DNA of 30,971 bases, taken from positions 1 through 30,971 of the forward strand of contig JBCBZJ010000029.1 in the NCBI GenBank assembly GCA_039815375.1. Direction: 5' to 3'. Positions 1 through 8,218 of the stretch are shown here, in pieces. How positions within the stretch are numbered: the stretch's first letter is position 1; every line of letters begins with the position of its first letter. Under the pieces are notes generated by a model, which saw only the letters and a list, made by a program, of their open reading frames with translations, searched no databases and was not told the origin of the DNA. Source of the stretch: Verrucomicrobiota bacterium (GTDB lineage: Bacteria; Verrucomicrobiota; Verrucomicrobiia; Opitutales; Coraliomargaritaceae). Position numbers and translations under genes: made by a program.

Positions 1-154
1 CCGCCACCTCCTCGACCACACGGCGGGGGCTTCCCGCTAGGCGGTCCTGCTGAACGCCGCCGCCGCGCTCGTCACCGCCGGCGCCGCCGCCGACGTCCCC
101 GCCGGGGCCGTGATGGCGGCGGCCGCCATCGACGACGGATCGGCCCGAGCCAAG
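1..154 (+). other. trpD: Foreign high-GC fragment resembling the C-terminal part of anthranilate phosphoribosyltransferase (probable chimeric contig end)
   Basis: Frame from nt 2 reads RHLLDHTAGASR*AVLLNAAAALVTAGAAADVPAGAVMAAAAIDDGSARAK, matching the TrpD C-terminal pattern (D)xVLLNAAAAL..AG......G...A..AIDxGxA..K. nt 61-120 are 52/60 G+C, unlike the rest of the window. In-frame TAG at 38-40. Confidence 0.65.
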
Positions 155-1033
155 GATGGCTGGAACGCCACGTCCATTGTGACCATTGTCCGATGTGAAA
201 ACGATCAAAGTATTTTCAATCAGACCTTCGCTTTCCAGAGCATCCAGCACTCGTCCAATAGCCTGATCGAGAGCGTAAACCATAGCCGCGTATACGGGCA
301 ACTGCTGCTCATGATCTTTGGTTCTTTTTTTAAAAAAGTTAATATCCTCCGGGCGTGCTTGGACCGGGTAGTGCACAGAATATGGAGCGTAACAGAGAAA
401 AAAAGGTTTATCTTTATTGCGTTTAATAAAACCAATCGACTCATCGGCCATGCGTTCGGGCAGGTATTCGCCCTCTGGACCATCGGCTAACATTGGGTTC
501 TTGTAGGGGCTAAAATAACTGGCGGGACCGCCTTTTCTCCAACCTCCAGCATTAAAATCGAACCCATTTTCTGTAGGGTCCTTGGTCACGTGCCATTTCC
601 CTACATAACCGGTGGTGTAGCCTGCTGATTTCAAAGTATCAGACAGCATAGCTATGGGCTCAGTGTAGTGATGCCCCGATTTAGGCGGTGAAACTTCGAA
701 CTTATCGGGCTGGACCCCATAGTATTGTTTTACATGGTAAATTTTGGTATGAGCTGAATTATCTCCAGTAAATAAAGAAGCCCGGGATGGCGCACATGTG
801 GGACGGGCGTACGAACGGTGGAGAATCAGGGATTGTTCAGAAAGTTTATCTATATTTGGCGTCAACTGATAGCTAGCGCCATTATAACCGACATCATTCC
901 AGCCAAGGTCGTCACAAAGAATAAAGAGAATGTTCGGCCTGTCTCGAGTATCGTTTGCAGCTAGAATATTTACGGCAATAAGATATAGTGAATACAACAG
1001 GATGTTCGTTTTGATTGATGTTCTGGTTTTCAT
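155..1033 (-). CDS. S1 sulfatase, 3'-truncated at the junction with the GC-rich fragment (not in the ORF track because the frame has no stop before the window edge)
   Basis: Manual translation from ATG 1033: MKTRTSIKTNILLYSLYLIAVNILAANDTRDRPNILFILCDDLGWNDVGY...PTCAPSRASLFTG...GYTTGYVGKWH...SYFSPYKNPMLADGPEGEYL...NTLIVFTSDNG. Homology ends near nt 155-175. Confidence 0.9.
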
Positions 1034-1082
1034 TAATGCTCTGAAGCTGGAGTTGGTATTTTAAAGTCCGTTTATTTTCTGC

Positions 1083-1268
1083 CCATTCATGAAGTTGTTT
1101 TGGTCAAGCGGCTTTTCAGGCTTTTCTGACACCGTATTGTGCTTTCAGCGATGTCTTTGCGAAATGGTTCATGGATATCATTATTTTGTTTCCAGAGCAG
1201 TTCTCAGTCACTTCAAGTCGATGAGTTACTCCACTGAATCGTCCTTTTTGTCGATTGTGATGATACGG
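1083..1268 (-). pseudogene. Decayed 3' end of a sulfatase related to 26723..28111
   Basis: Minus strand reads ...HHNRQKGRFSGV.../SD*ELLWKQNNDIHEPFRKDIAE..., versus HHRKGSLFQG...GDWKLIWKQNNDEYLLFDLGKDIGE in the intact gene. TGA replaces Trp at 1204-1206 and there are indels. Confidence 0.6.
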
Positions 1269-1372
1269 TAAAGTACACTATTCAGGCTCTGATCTGCACC
1301 CTGATTTTAGAGTTTTTCAGAGCTGCGCTTCAGTCTAAATGCTTCTCGAGTCTTCATTCATAGCAGACGTTT

Positions 1373-2800
1373 TCAGGGTTTGTATTCGGGATTTAATTCC
1401 GTGGGAACCGGTGCATCCAGTTGGCTGCGCCAGCTCTTGAGCTTGGTATGTAGTTCGGCTACCTGTTCCGGCATCTTTTCGGAGAGGTCGTTCTTTTCGC
1501 TGATATCGTCTTTCAGGTTGTAAAGCTCAAGGTTGCCGGTTTCAAAATCTTCATGAAGCTTCCAATCGCCATAGCGCACTGCCGATCCCGGTCGGGCGCG
1601 GAACGAACGGTCTCTGGTTTCACCATTTCCCTTCTGAAGATAGATTGGGAAGTGCCAGAAGAGGGCGCGGTTATCGATATCGCCGCTCTGAGTGAGCAAG
1701 GGCATGATACTGACACCATCCAGTAGTTTACCCTTTGGAACTTCAATGCCTACTGCCTCAAGGAAAGTAGGGAAGAGATCGATTTGACTCACCGGAACAT
1801 CGCAGATCTTGCCCGGTTCGATCTTGCCGATCCAGCGGGCAATAAATGGCTCCCGGATGCCTCCTTCGAAGTAGGAACCCTTGCCGGCGCGCAGGGGCCA
1901 TTGCTTGGTCCTCCGGTAAACACCGCCATTGTCGGAGGTAAAAACAATCAGCGTGTTATCGGATAGGTCCAGTTCGTCGATTTTGGCGAGGAGGCGTCCA
2001 ATATTTTCGTCCAGGCTCTGGAGCATCCCGGCATAAACCGGGTCGTTATGTGCCTTGCTTGGCTGCTTAGCTTTGAACTTTTCGACATATTCTTTTTTTG
2101 CCTGCCATGGTCCGTGTACCGAATAGGTCGAGAAGTAAATAAAAAACGGAGTTTCTTTGTTTTCTTCGATAAACTTGATGGCCTCGGAGCCCATTCGATC
2201 GGTCAGGTATTCGCCTGGTTCATTACTTGAGCAGTTTGGATATCTGTAGGGACTATGGTAGCCGCCGGTGTAGGGGCCTCCTGCCGAATTTCCTCCAATA
2301 TTCAGGTCGAACCCATCCTGTGTTGGGTCCTTCGTGATATGCCATTTGCCGAAGTGTCCAGTGGTATACCCATTATCTTTCAAGACTTCGGCCAGCGTGA
2401 GATGCTCGTCTTTGATGAATTCCGTGTTTGGTGTCGGAATGAGCCTGCGGTCTTTCGATGCTCCCCGCAATGATGTATCCACAGTATAGACTCCATGCCT
2501 TGCAGGATACTGACCGGTCATGAGAGAGGCTCGACTCGGAGCACAATTTGAGGCTGCGGCATAAGCATTTGTGAATCGTATGCCGTCGGCGGCCAACTTG
2601 TCCAGATGGGGCGTCTCGTAGTAGTCACTGCCTTGGCAGCCTAGATCCATCCAGCCCAGGTCGTCCGCATACATTAAGATAATATTGGGCTTGGAGTCAT
2701 TGGCTTTGGCCGATGCGTTAGCGACGATTGATACCCCGACGAAGATTGTGAGGACTTTTGTCAAAGTTTGGATGCATGTTTTCAGGCGATTCAATGCCAT
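1373..2800 (-). CDS. S1 sulfatase (arylsulfatase-like; S1_16-like by recalled motif pattern), Sec signal peptide
   Basis: PNIILMYADDLGW, NCAPSRASLMTG, GKWH, FTSDNGG, PLRAGKGSYFEGGIREP, C-terminal ELYNLKDDISEKNDL. Start moved from 2872 to Met 2800 (MALNRLKT...IVANASA) to remove the overlap with the upstream gene. Confidence 0.93.
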   Translation of the reverse strand: MALNRLKTCIQTLTKVLTIFVGVSIVANASAKANDSKPNIILMYADDLGWMDLGCQGSDYYETPHLDKLAADGIRFTNAYAAASNCAPSRASLMTGQYPARHGVYTVDTSLRGASKDRRLIPTPNTEFIKDEHLTLAEVLKDNGYTTGHFGKWHITKDPTQDGFDLNIGGNSAGGPYTGGYHSPYRYPNCSSNEPGEYLTDRMGSEAIKFIEENKETPFFIYFSTYSVHGPWQAKKEYVEKFKAKQPSKAHNDPVYAGMLQSLDENIGRLLAKIDELDLSDNTLIVFTSDNGGVYRRTKQWPLRAGKGSYFEGGIREPFIARWIGKIEPGKICDVPVSQIDLFPTFLEAVGIEVPKGKLLDGVSIMPLLTQSGDIDNRALFWHFPIYLQKGNGETRDRSFRARPGSAVRYGDWKLHEDFETGNLELYNLKDDISEKNDLSEKMPEQVAELHTKLKSWRSQLDAPVPTELNPEYKP

Positions 2801-2855
2801 CGCATTCACTGCATAGCTCTTGATATAATCTACATTTTCGACTTTTTGGCTTTTT

Positions 2856-4943
2856 TTAGAGAAGGGGCTCATACTTCATAAAAGCAAAATCAGGGGCTTG
2901 TGGGATCTCGAATTCCAATTCTGCTTCTTGGTTCAGAATTGCATTACGGCTCTCGCCGGTAAGAACGTTGGTTAGTTGGAGTTTTGTACCAGGCGCTATG
3001 AAATGCAAAGCCAGTTTTGCCTTCGATTGGGCATTTTCCAGCTCTCGAAATACTGTCATGTAGCCACTTCCTGTCTCCGGATTGTGGTTTTGAAATCCGG
3101 TCCAACTTGCATTGTCGGGCATCGACCCAATCGGAAATACATAGCCCTGATACATCTTCTCACGCTCTGCCTTATATTTGGCGATCATCGGTTTCAGGAT
3201 GTCAGTTGCCTGTTGGGAAAGAAGCTGAGTCTCCAAAAAGAGGATCGGGCTAGACATCAGAGTTATCGCCAGATTGTAGGCGTGTGGATGGTCATCGGCA
3301 TCCGTTTTTGCCTTGGGCTGTACCTGGTCCTTGTTTTGGAATGTCAGCTGGATCTTGTTGAGGTTGGTATATTTCGACAGCAACCATCCGTCTCGCAGGA
3401 CTTGCCAGGGGATATATAGGACTCGTTCCCGCACAGTCGATGCTTTCCGGTTTGCGAGGTATAGATTGCCGCAGTCGCGACCAAAGTAGAAACCCATGCG
3501 TGGCATTTTTTCGGTGACATCCCAATTTACAACCGCGGTGTAATCGGAATGTTTAACCAGCTCCCTGCCTTTTTTGTAGAGATGATCCAGATCCTTCTTC
3601 TTTGTTAGTTTGGCGAAATCGAGTTTGAATGCTTTGAAATCACCGTTGTCCATATTGGTCTTAATGGCGTTCAGAGGCGCATCCCAGGCATGCCATAGCC
3701 CCAAGGTGATACCGGCTGCTGAAGCGGCTTCACGCACTCTGCCAAACCCATCCGGGTAAACCGTATATTCTTGAGGGACTTTATCGCCGTTAAGCAGTAT
3801 TGGCTTTCCCTTTGGTTTCCCCACTGGCTTCGGAGCCCATTTTTTATCCTGCCAGCCGTCGTCAATTTGAAGCAGGTCAACACCGAGTTCTGCGCAAGCC
3901 GTAATCTCCCGAAGCACGTTTTCTTCTCGTGCCTTATACTTGCACTGCTCCTGCATATCTTCACTGCCCCATGTATTTGCCATGATGAAGACATCACGTT
4001 TGGGATGGATCGGGTAGCGAAAGCGATCAAACTGCTTTAGTGTTAATTGAGCATCCAACTCTTCACCCTGAAATACGATCATCCAGTTGGCCCAGCAAAA
4101 TTTGAAGTCAGCGGCAATATCTTGCGGGAGAATGCCCAGACCGTTGACCTGCAGCAGTTTGTCTTTACGCAAGAACCCACCTACGGCACAACCATTACTT
4201 TCCAGTTGGCTATGCGCATGGGATTCCTTGACAAGAACCAGGCCTTGTCCGTCGTAATCCACCAGTAGACCGCTCGTATGTTTTACTTCGTGGTTCGCTC
4301 CGAGCATTTCTGTATCGAGAATCTGGTAGGGCTCCTGATCTGCTTTCAGTCCCGCCTTATAGCCCCAGGTGATTATCGATTTGGGATCGTTCTCCAAAGC
4401 CAATTGCTCTGAGACCTCTCCAGCAAGGGTGGCATTATTTTTACCTGCTTTTTTCAGCCAGAGTTGTGTACGCAGGCCGGGTGCATCGGGATATGCCCAA
4501 ATTACATACTTTATATGAAGCGCTGAATATGCGATCTCGGCCTCCACTGCAAGATGTCTGGATGTGAATCTCTCGTCGTCATCTTCAATTGCCAGGAGTG
4601 ACAACAGTTTGCCTTGTCCCAAGTCGCCGAGATCCCAATCGGCATCTTGGCCGGCACCGCTGGCCAATCTATGGCCGTCTGCGTTCACGACACTTTGGGT
4701 CACCAGTCCTCTCCCTGTCCATTTCCACTGCCGCGTCATCCGACCGGTAGTTACAGTTAAGATGTCTCCGTCTGTCTCAACTTTGGCCTCACGGTAAGAC
4801 TTGTTTAGCGGCGGCAGAACGGCCATTGCAGGCTGTTGAGTTGAGGCCGAAGGACCGGAGACAACCAAGTTGGGCGTGGCTAAAAGCGTGGATGCGATTA
4901 ACGCGATCAGAGGCGTTGTTAAGGAATGAGAAAGTTGTTTCAT
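2856..4943 (-). CDS. Secreted GH36-like (clan GH-D) glycoside hydrolase, putative alpha-galactosidase-type
   Basis: Signal peptide; ANTWGS, GVDLLQIDDGWQ, YPDGF and FKAFKLDF (candidate nucleophile Asp); C-terminal beta domain GYMTVFRE...L..PG resembling the GH36 C-terminus. Confidence 0.75.
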   Translation of the reverse strand: MKQLSHSLTTPLIALIASTLLATPNLVVSGPSASTQQPAMAVLPPLNKSYREAKVETDGDILTVTTGRMTRQWKWTGRGLVTQSVVNADGHRLASGAGQDADWDLGDLGQGKLLSLLAIEDDDERFTSRHLAVEAEIAYSALHIKYVIWAYPDAPGLRTQLWLKKAGKNNATLAGEVSEQLALENDPKSIITWGYKAGLKADQEPYQILDTEMLGANHEVKHTSGLLVDYDGQGLVLVKESHAHSQLESNGCAVGGFLRKDKLLQVNGLGILPQDIAADFKFCWANWMIVFQGEELDAQLTLKQFDRFRYPIHPKRDVFIMANTWGSEDMQEQCKYKAREENVLREITACAELGVDLLQIDDGWQDKKWAPKPVGKPKGKPILLNGDKVPQEYTVYPDGFGRVREAASAAGITLGLWHAWDAPLNAIKTNMDNGDFKAFKLDFAKLTKKKDLDHLYKKGRELVKHSDYTAVVNWDVTEKMPRMGFYFGRDCGNLYLANRKASTVRERVLYIPWQVLRDGWLLSKYTNLNKIQLTFQNKDQVQPKAKTDADDHPHAYNLAITLMSSPILFLETQLLSQQATDILKPMIAKYKAEREKMYQGYVFPIGSMPDNASWTGFQNHNPETGSGYMTVFRELENAQSKAKLALHFIAPGTKLQLTNVLTGESRNAILNQEAELEFEIPQAPDFAFMKYEPLL

Positions 4944-5043
4944 CTGCTATTTAGAATAGGAGTTACTAAAATTTCTCTGCTACTTTGTTTACGCTTTTAG
5001 CGAAGGCATTCTGAGTGCAGAAAACTGGCGCACACTTTAGTCT

Positions 5044-6426
5044 TCACTTGATTTGTGTAAGAGTCAGGGGTTCGGTGTGTGCTTCGACAAAGATTTTCTC
5101 TATTTGCTGAACGATTTCCGGAAAATCAGCAGCGATGTCTTTGTTTTCTCCGATGTCATTTTCGAGATTAAACAATTGTGTAGCTTGCCCATTGGTTTTC
5201 AAGGCTTTGAATTTGCCCATCCTGACGGCCTTTGCACTTGCTCCTCCCTTTTTGCGGCTGAATTCCCAATAGAGATATTTGTGCTCGAGCTGTTCTTTAC
5301 CCAACAGTTCAGGTAGCATAGAAATGCCGTCTGTGTCTGCGGTGGGTTTGACGCCTGCCAATTCACAGAAGGTGGACATCATATCCCAGTGGGCGGAGAT
5401 ATGATGCGAGGTGGTGCCGGGCTCGATTTTTCCCGGCCAGCGAGCAATGAATGGAACGCGAATGCCTCCTTCGGTAAGGTCGCGTTTGATACCTTTTAGA
5501 GGACCGTTGCTGTTCCAGAATTCCGGCTTGTGGCCACCTTCTTTGTGGGGGCCGTTGTCGCTGCTGAAGATAACGATTGTGTTGTCATCGATTTCCAACT
5601 CTTTCAGCAACTCCATTAACGCGCCGACCCCGTTGTCCAGGTGCTCGACCATGGCGGGGAAAGCAGCAACTGGATTCTGGACCTGTGAGGCACCATATCT
5701 GCCAATACTATTTTCGAACTTTGGGTAGAGCTCCCGATACTTCTGGTGGAGTTCCTCAGGAGCCTGCATAGCAGCATGAGGAATAGACACGGCCAGATAG
5801 CAGAAGAAGGGATCGTCTTTATTGGCTCGGACGAAGGTCAAAGCGTTTTCCATGATTAAATCATGAGAATAGGTTTTGCCGTCGAGAAGGACTTTCTGAT
5901 CGTTGCTCCAGAGATGTCCTGGATAGAAACTGTGGGCTCTGCGTTGACAGTTGTAGCCATAAAAAGTATCGAAGAAGACCATCGGATCGCTCGCTGAACC
6001 CGGAAAACCGAGTCCCCATTTTCCGAAGGCACCTGACACATACCCGGCCTTTTTAAGCAGGGTAGGGATGGTTACAGTTCCCTCCAACATGGGTGCCTGT
6101 CCCTCTGGCTTTACTTCCTGATTGCCTCGCACTTGCGAGTGGCCGGTATGCAGGCCGGTCATTAAGGAACAGCGGGTCGGCGCGCATACGGTGCTGCCTG
6201 AGTAGTGCTGGGTAAAAAGAACGCCCTCTTGCGCAAGGCGGTCGATATTCGGGGTCTGAAACTTCTCCTGCCCGTAGCAACTCAAGTCACCATATCCAAG
6301 ATCGTCAGCCAGAATGTAGATGATGTTTGGCTTGTTCTCCATCGCTTCAGCGATGGCTGGTGCTGCAGGGATGGTTATGCAAAGACCGACTACGATGTGC
6401 AACAGGTGGTACACTAACTTCTTCAT
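5044..6426 (-). CDS. S1 arylsulfatase (S1_20-like by recalled motif pattern), signal peptide
   Basis: PNIIYILADDLGYGDLSCYGQ, VCAPTRCSLMTGLHTGH, GKWGLG, FSSDNGPH, GIKRDLTEGGIRVP, YLYWEF. Confidence 0.95.
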   Translation of the reverse strand: MKKLVYHLLHIVVGLCITIPAAPAIAEAMENKPNIIYILADDLGYGDLSCYGQEKFQTPNIDRLAQEGVLFTQHYSGSTVCAPTRCSLMTGLHTGHSQVRGNQEVKPEGQAPMLEGTVTIPTLLKKAGYVSGAFGKWGLGFPGSASDPMVFFDTFYGYNCQRRAHSFYPGHLWSNDQKVLLDGKTYSHDLIMENALTFVRANKDDPFFCYLAVSIPHAAMQAPEELHQKYRELYPKFENSIGRYGASQVQNPVAAFPAMVEHLDNGVGALMELLKELEIDDNTIVIFSSDNGPHKEGGHKPEFWNSNGPLKGIKRDLTEGGIRVPFIARWPGKIEPGTTSHHISAHWDMMSTFCELAGVKPTADTDGISMLPELLGKEQLEHKYLYWEFSRKKGGASAKAVRMGKFKALKTNGQATQLFNLENDIGENKDIAADFPEIVQQIEKIFVEAHTEPLTLTQIK

Positions 6427-6526
6427 TCTTATTTATCCTTTTTGCTTGTAGCTTTTTCTTTCGCCCTCGGAGCATGACCAGCCTTTGCTTAGATCTGCTA
6501 TGAGCCTATAAAGCAGACGGACGCTC

Positions 6527-6610
6527 CGGTTTTTCCGATGCAAGAACCAAGATCCGAAAAGCCTATGTCATCGCAAAGGATGATAACAACATGCGGTGAT
6601 TCGGAGGGTA
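6527..6610 (-). pseudogene. Orphan N-terminal fragment of a sulfatase
   Basis: Minus strand reads PSESPHVVIILCDDIGFSDLGSCIGK, the conserved PN(I/V)xxIxxDD(L/I)GxxDLG metal-binding start motif. In-frame stops lie upstream and no CxPxR follows. Confidence 0.7.
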
Positions 6611-6667
6611 CCTCTCAAATTTATGTCGCGGTCGTTTCGTCTGCAACCAGCGCGATACTGGTCAATA

Positions 6668-6697
6668 AGTGGGGCGATATTCAGTGGGGCGATATTC
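6668..6697. repeat. Perfect 15-bp tandem duplication (AGTGGGGCGATATTC x2)
   Basis: Read directly: 6668-6682 and 6683-6697 are identical. Confidence 0.95.
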
Positions 6698-6726
6698 TAT
6701 GTAATCGATTGGGTTCAGGTTTTTTA

Positions 6727-8205
6727 TCATTCGTTCACCTCGTATTGATCGCGCAGCCTCTGCAGTTCCTGCTTCAGCTCAGCGACCTTGGGCGCATTTT
6801 CAGGGTTACTATAGATGTTGTTCATCTCGGAGGGGTCACGCTCGAGATCGTAGAGCTCCCATTCTTCTCCGTTTGGTACGTCCTTTCCATAAAACCGGAT
6901 TAGTTTCCAACGTCCGTTAAAGACACCTTCGTGTTTCCGAACGCTGTGGAAACCGGGGTACTCGTAGTAGTGATAGTAGAGGGAATCTCGCCAATCCGCT
7001 GGTTTTTTCCCCTTCAGTAGAGGGACGAGACTTTTTCCCTGCATATCGCGGGGAATCGGTGCGCCTGCCAGATCCAGAAAGGTTTCGGCAAAGTCAATAT
7101 TCTGCACCAAGTCGCTGTTTACGGATCCCGGCGCAGTGTGCCCAGGCCATTTAGCCAGTAAGGGCGTGCGAAAGGATTCTTCGTACATGAATCGCTTATC
7201 GAACCAGCCATGCTCCCCCATGTAAAAGCCTTGGTCAGACGAGTACATGACAATGGTGTTCCCTTCCAATCCCAGTTCTTTCAGTGTTTCAAGCACGATG
7301 CCGACACTCTCATCCACTGCCCAGGTGCAGCGCATGAAATCCTTCATATAAGTCTGGTATTTCCAGCGCACCAAATCATCACCTTTCGGCTTATTCTTGG
7401 CATACCATTCGGCACGTTCACGATAACGCGGATTCTTTGCCTTCTTCCCAGTCAGCTTCAAATCCGATTTATCATTTAACGTGTGCCGGATCGACATATC
7501 CTGTTTGTGAGCAGCTGTTCCGCGCGTGGCATAGTCATCAAACAGGTTAGCTGGTTCAGGAATATGGATATCTTCGTACAAATCCATGTGCCTGTCGGCT
7601 GGCTCCCAGCTGCGATGCGGTGCTTTGTGGTGCATCATTAGCATGAACGGTTTGGCCGGATCCCGTCCGTCTTTTAACCACTTAAGCGTCCGCTCAGTAA
7701 TGACATCGGTCACGTAGCGACCCGGATAAGTTGTGGTTCCGTTTTCGGTGATGAAGTCGGGGCTGTAGTATTTCCCTTGTCCCGGCAATACTTCCCAATA
7801 ATCAAAGCCCTGCATGGCTCCCTTGAGATGAATCTTGCCGATCATCGCCGTTTGATAGCCGTTCTTTTGCAGAATTTTCTGGAACTGCTGTTGGTTGTGA
7901 TTGAATGCGCCGCCGTTGGTGCGCTTTCCATTCAGGTGGCTGTGTTTACCGGTTAACAGAGTCGCCCGGCTGGGAGCACAGATCGAATTCGCTACATAGG
8001 CCCGGTCAAATCGCATCCCTTCTTTGGCCAGACGATCAATATTCGGCGATGGATTGAGTGATTCCAAACGACCGCCGTATGCGCCAATCGTCTGATAGGA
8101 GTGATCGTCGGAAAAAATCCAGACGATATTAGGCCGTTCTTTGGCCGCAGCATTTAGCAAAAGCCCTCCCAGCAACAAGGTAGTTATTATTCTGCACAAA
8201 TTCAT
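6727..8205 (-). CDS. S1 sulfatase, N-acetylglucosamine-6-sulfatase-like (S1_11-like)
   Basis: PNIVWIFSDDH, SICAPSRATLLTGKHSHLNG, GFDYWEVLPGQGKYY, HKAPHR, YSSDQGFYMGEHGWFDKRFMYEESFRTP, YYHYYEYP; signal peptide. Confidence 0.93.
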   Translation of the reverse strand: MNLCRIITTLLLGGLLLNAAAKERPNIVWIFSDDHSYQTIGAYGGRLESLNPSPNIDRLAKEGMRFDRAYVANSICAPSRATLLTGKHSHLNGKRTNGGAFNHNQQQFQKILQKNGYQTAMIGKIHLKGAMQGFDYWEVLPGQGKYYSPDFITENGTTTYPGRYVTDVITERTLKWLKDGRDPAKPFMLMMHHKAPHRSWEPADRHMDLYEDIHIPEPANLFDDYATRGTAAHKQDMSIRHTLNDKSDLKLTGKKAKNPRYRERAEWYAKNKPKGDDLVRWKYQTYMKDFMRCTWAVDESVGIVLETLKELGLEGNTIVMYSSDQGFYMGEHGWFDKRFMYEESFRTPLLAKWPGHTAPGSVNSDLVQNIDFAETFLDLAGAPIPRDMQGKSLVPLLKGKKPADWRDSLYYHYYEYPGFHSVRKHEGVFNGRWKLIRFYGKDVPNGEEWELYDLERDPSEMNNIYSNPENAPKVAELKQELQRLRDQYEVNE

Positions 8206-8218
8206 AGTTTCTATTTTT

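Noticed and set aside
110..490. 126-aa plus-strand ORF
   Set aside because: Chimera of the TrpD-like tail (first 15 aa) and the antisense strand of the sulfatase.
500..545. Suspected frameshift in the first sulfatase, since it is missing from the ORF track
   Set aside because: Manual translation is continuous (AGGWRKGGPASYFSPY). The ORF is missing only because it has no stop inside the window.
2801..2872. Longer start of sulfatase 1373..2872
   Set aside because: Overlaps the upstream gene and puts 24 hydrophilic residues before the signal region. The extended starts at 23108, 26777 and 28192 were shortened for similar reasons.
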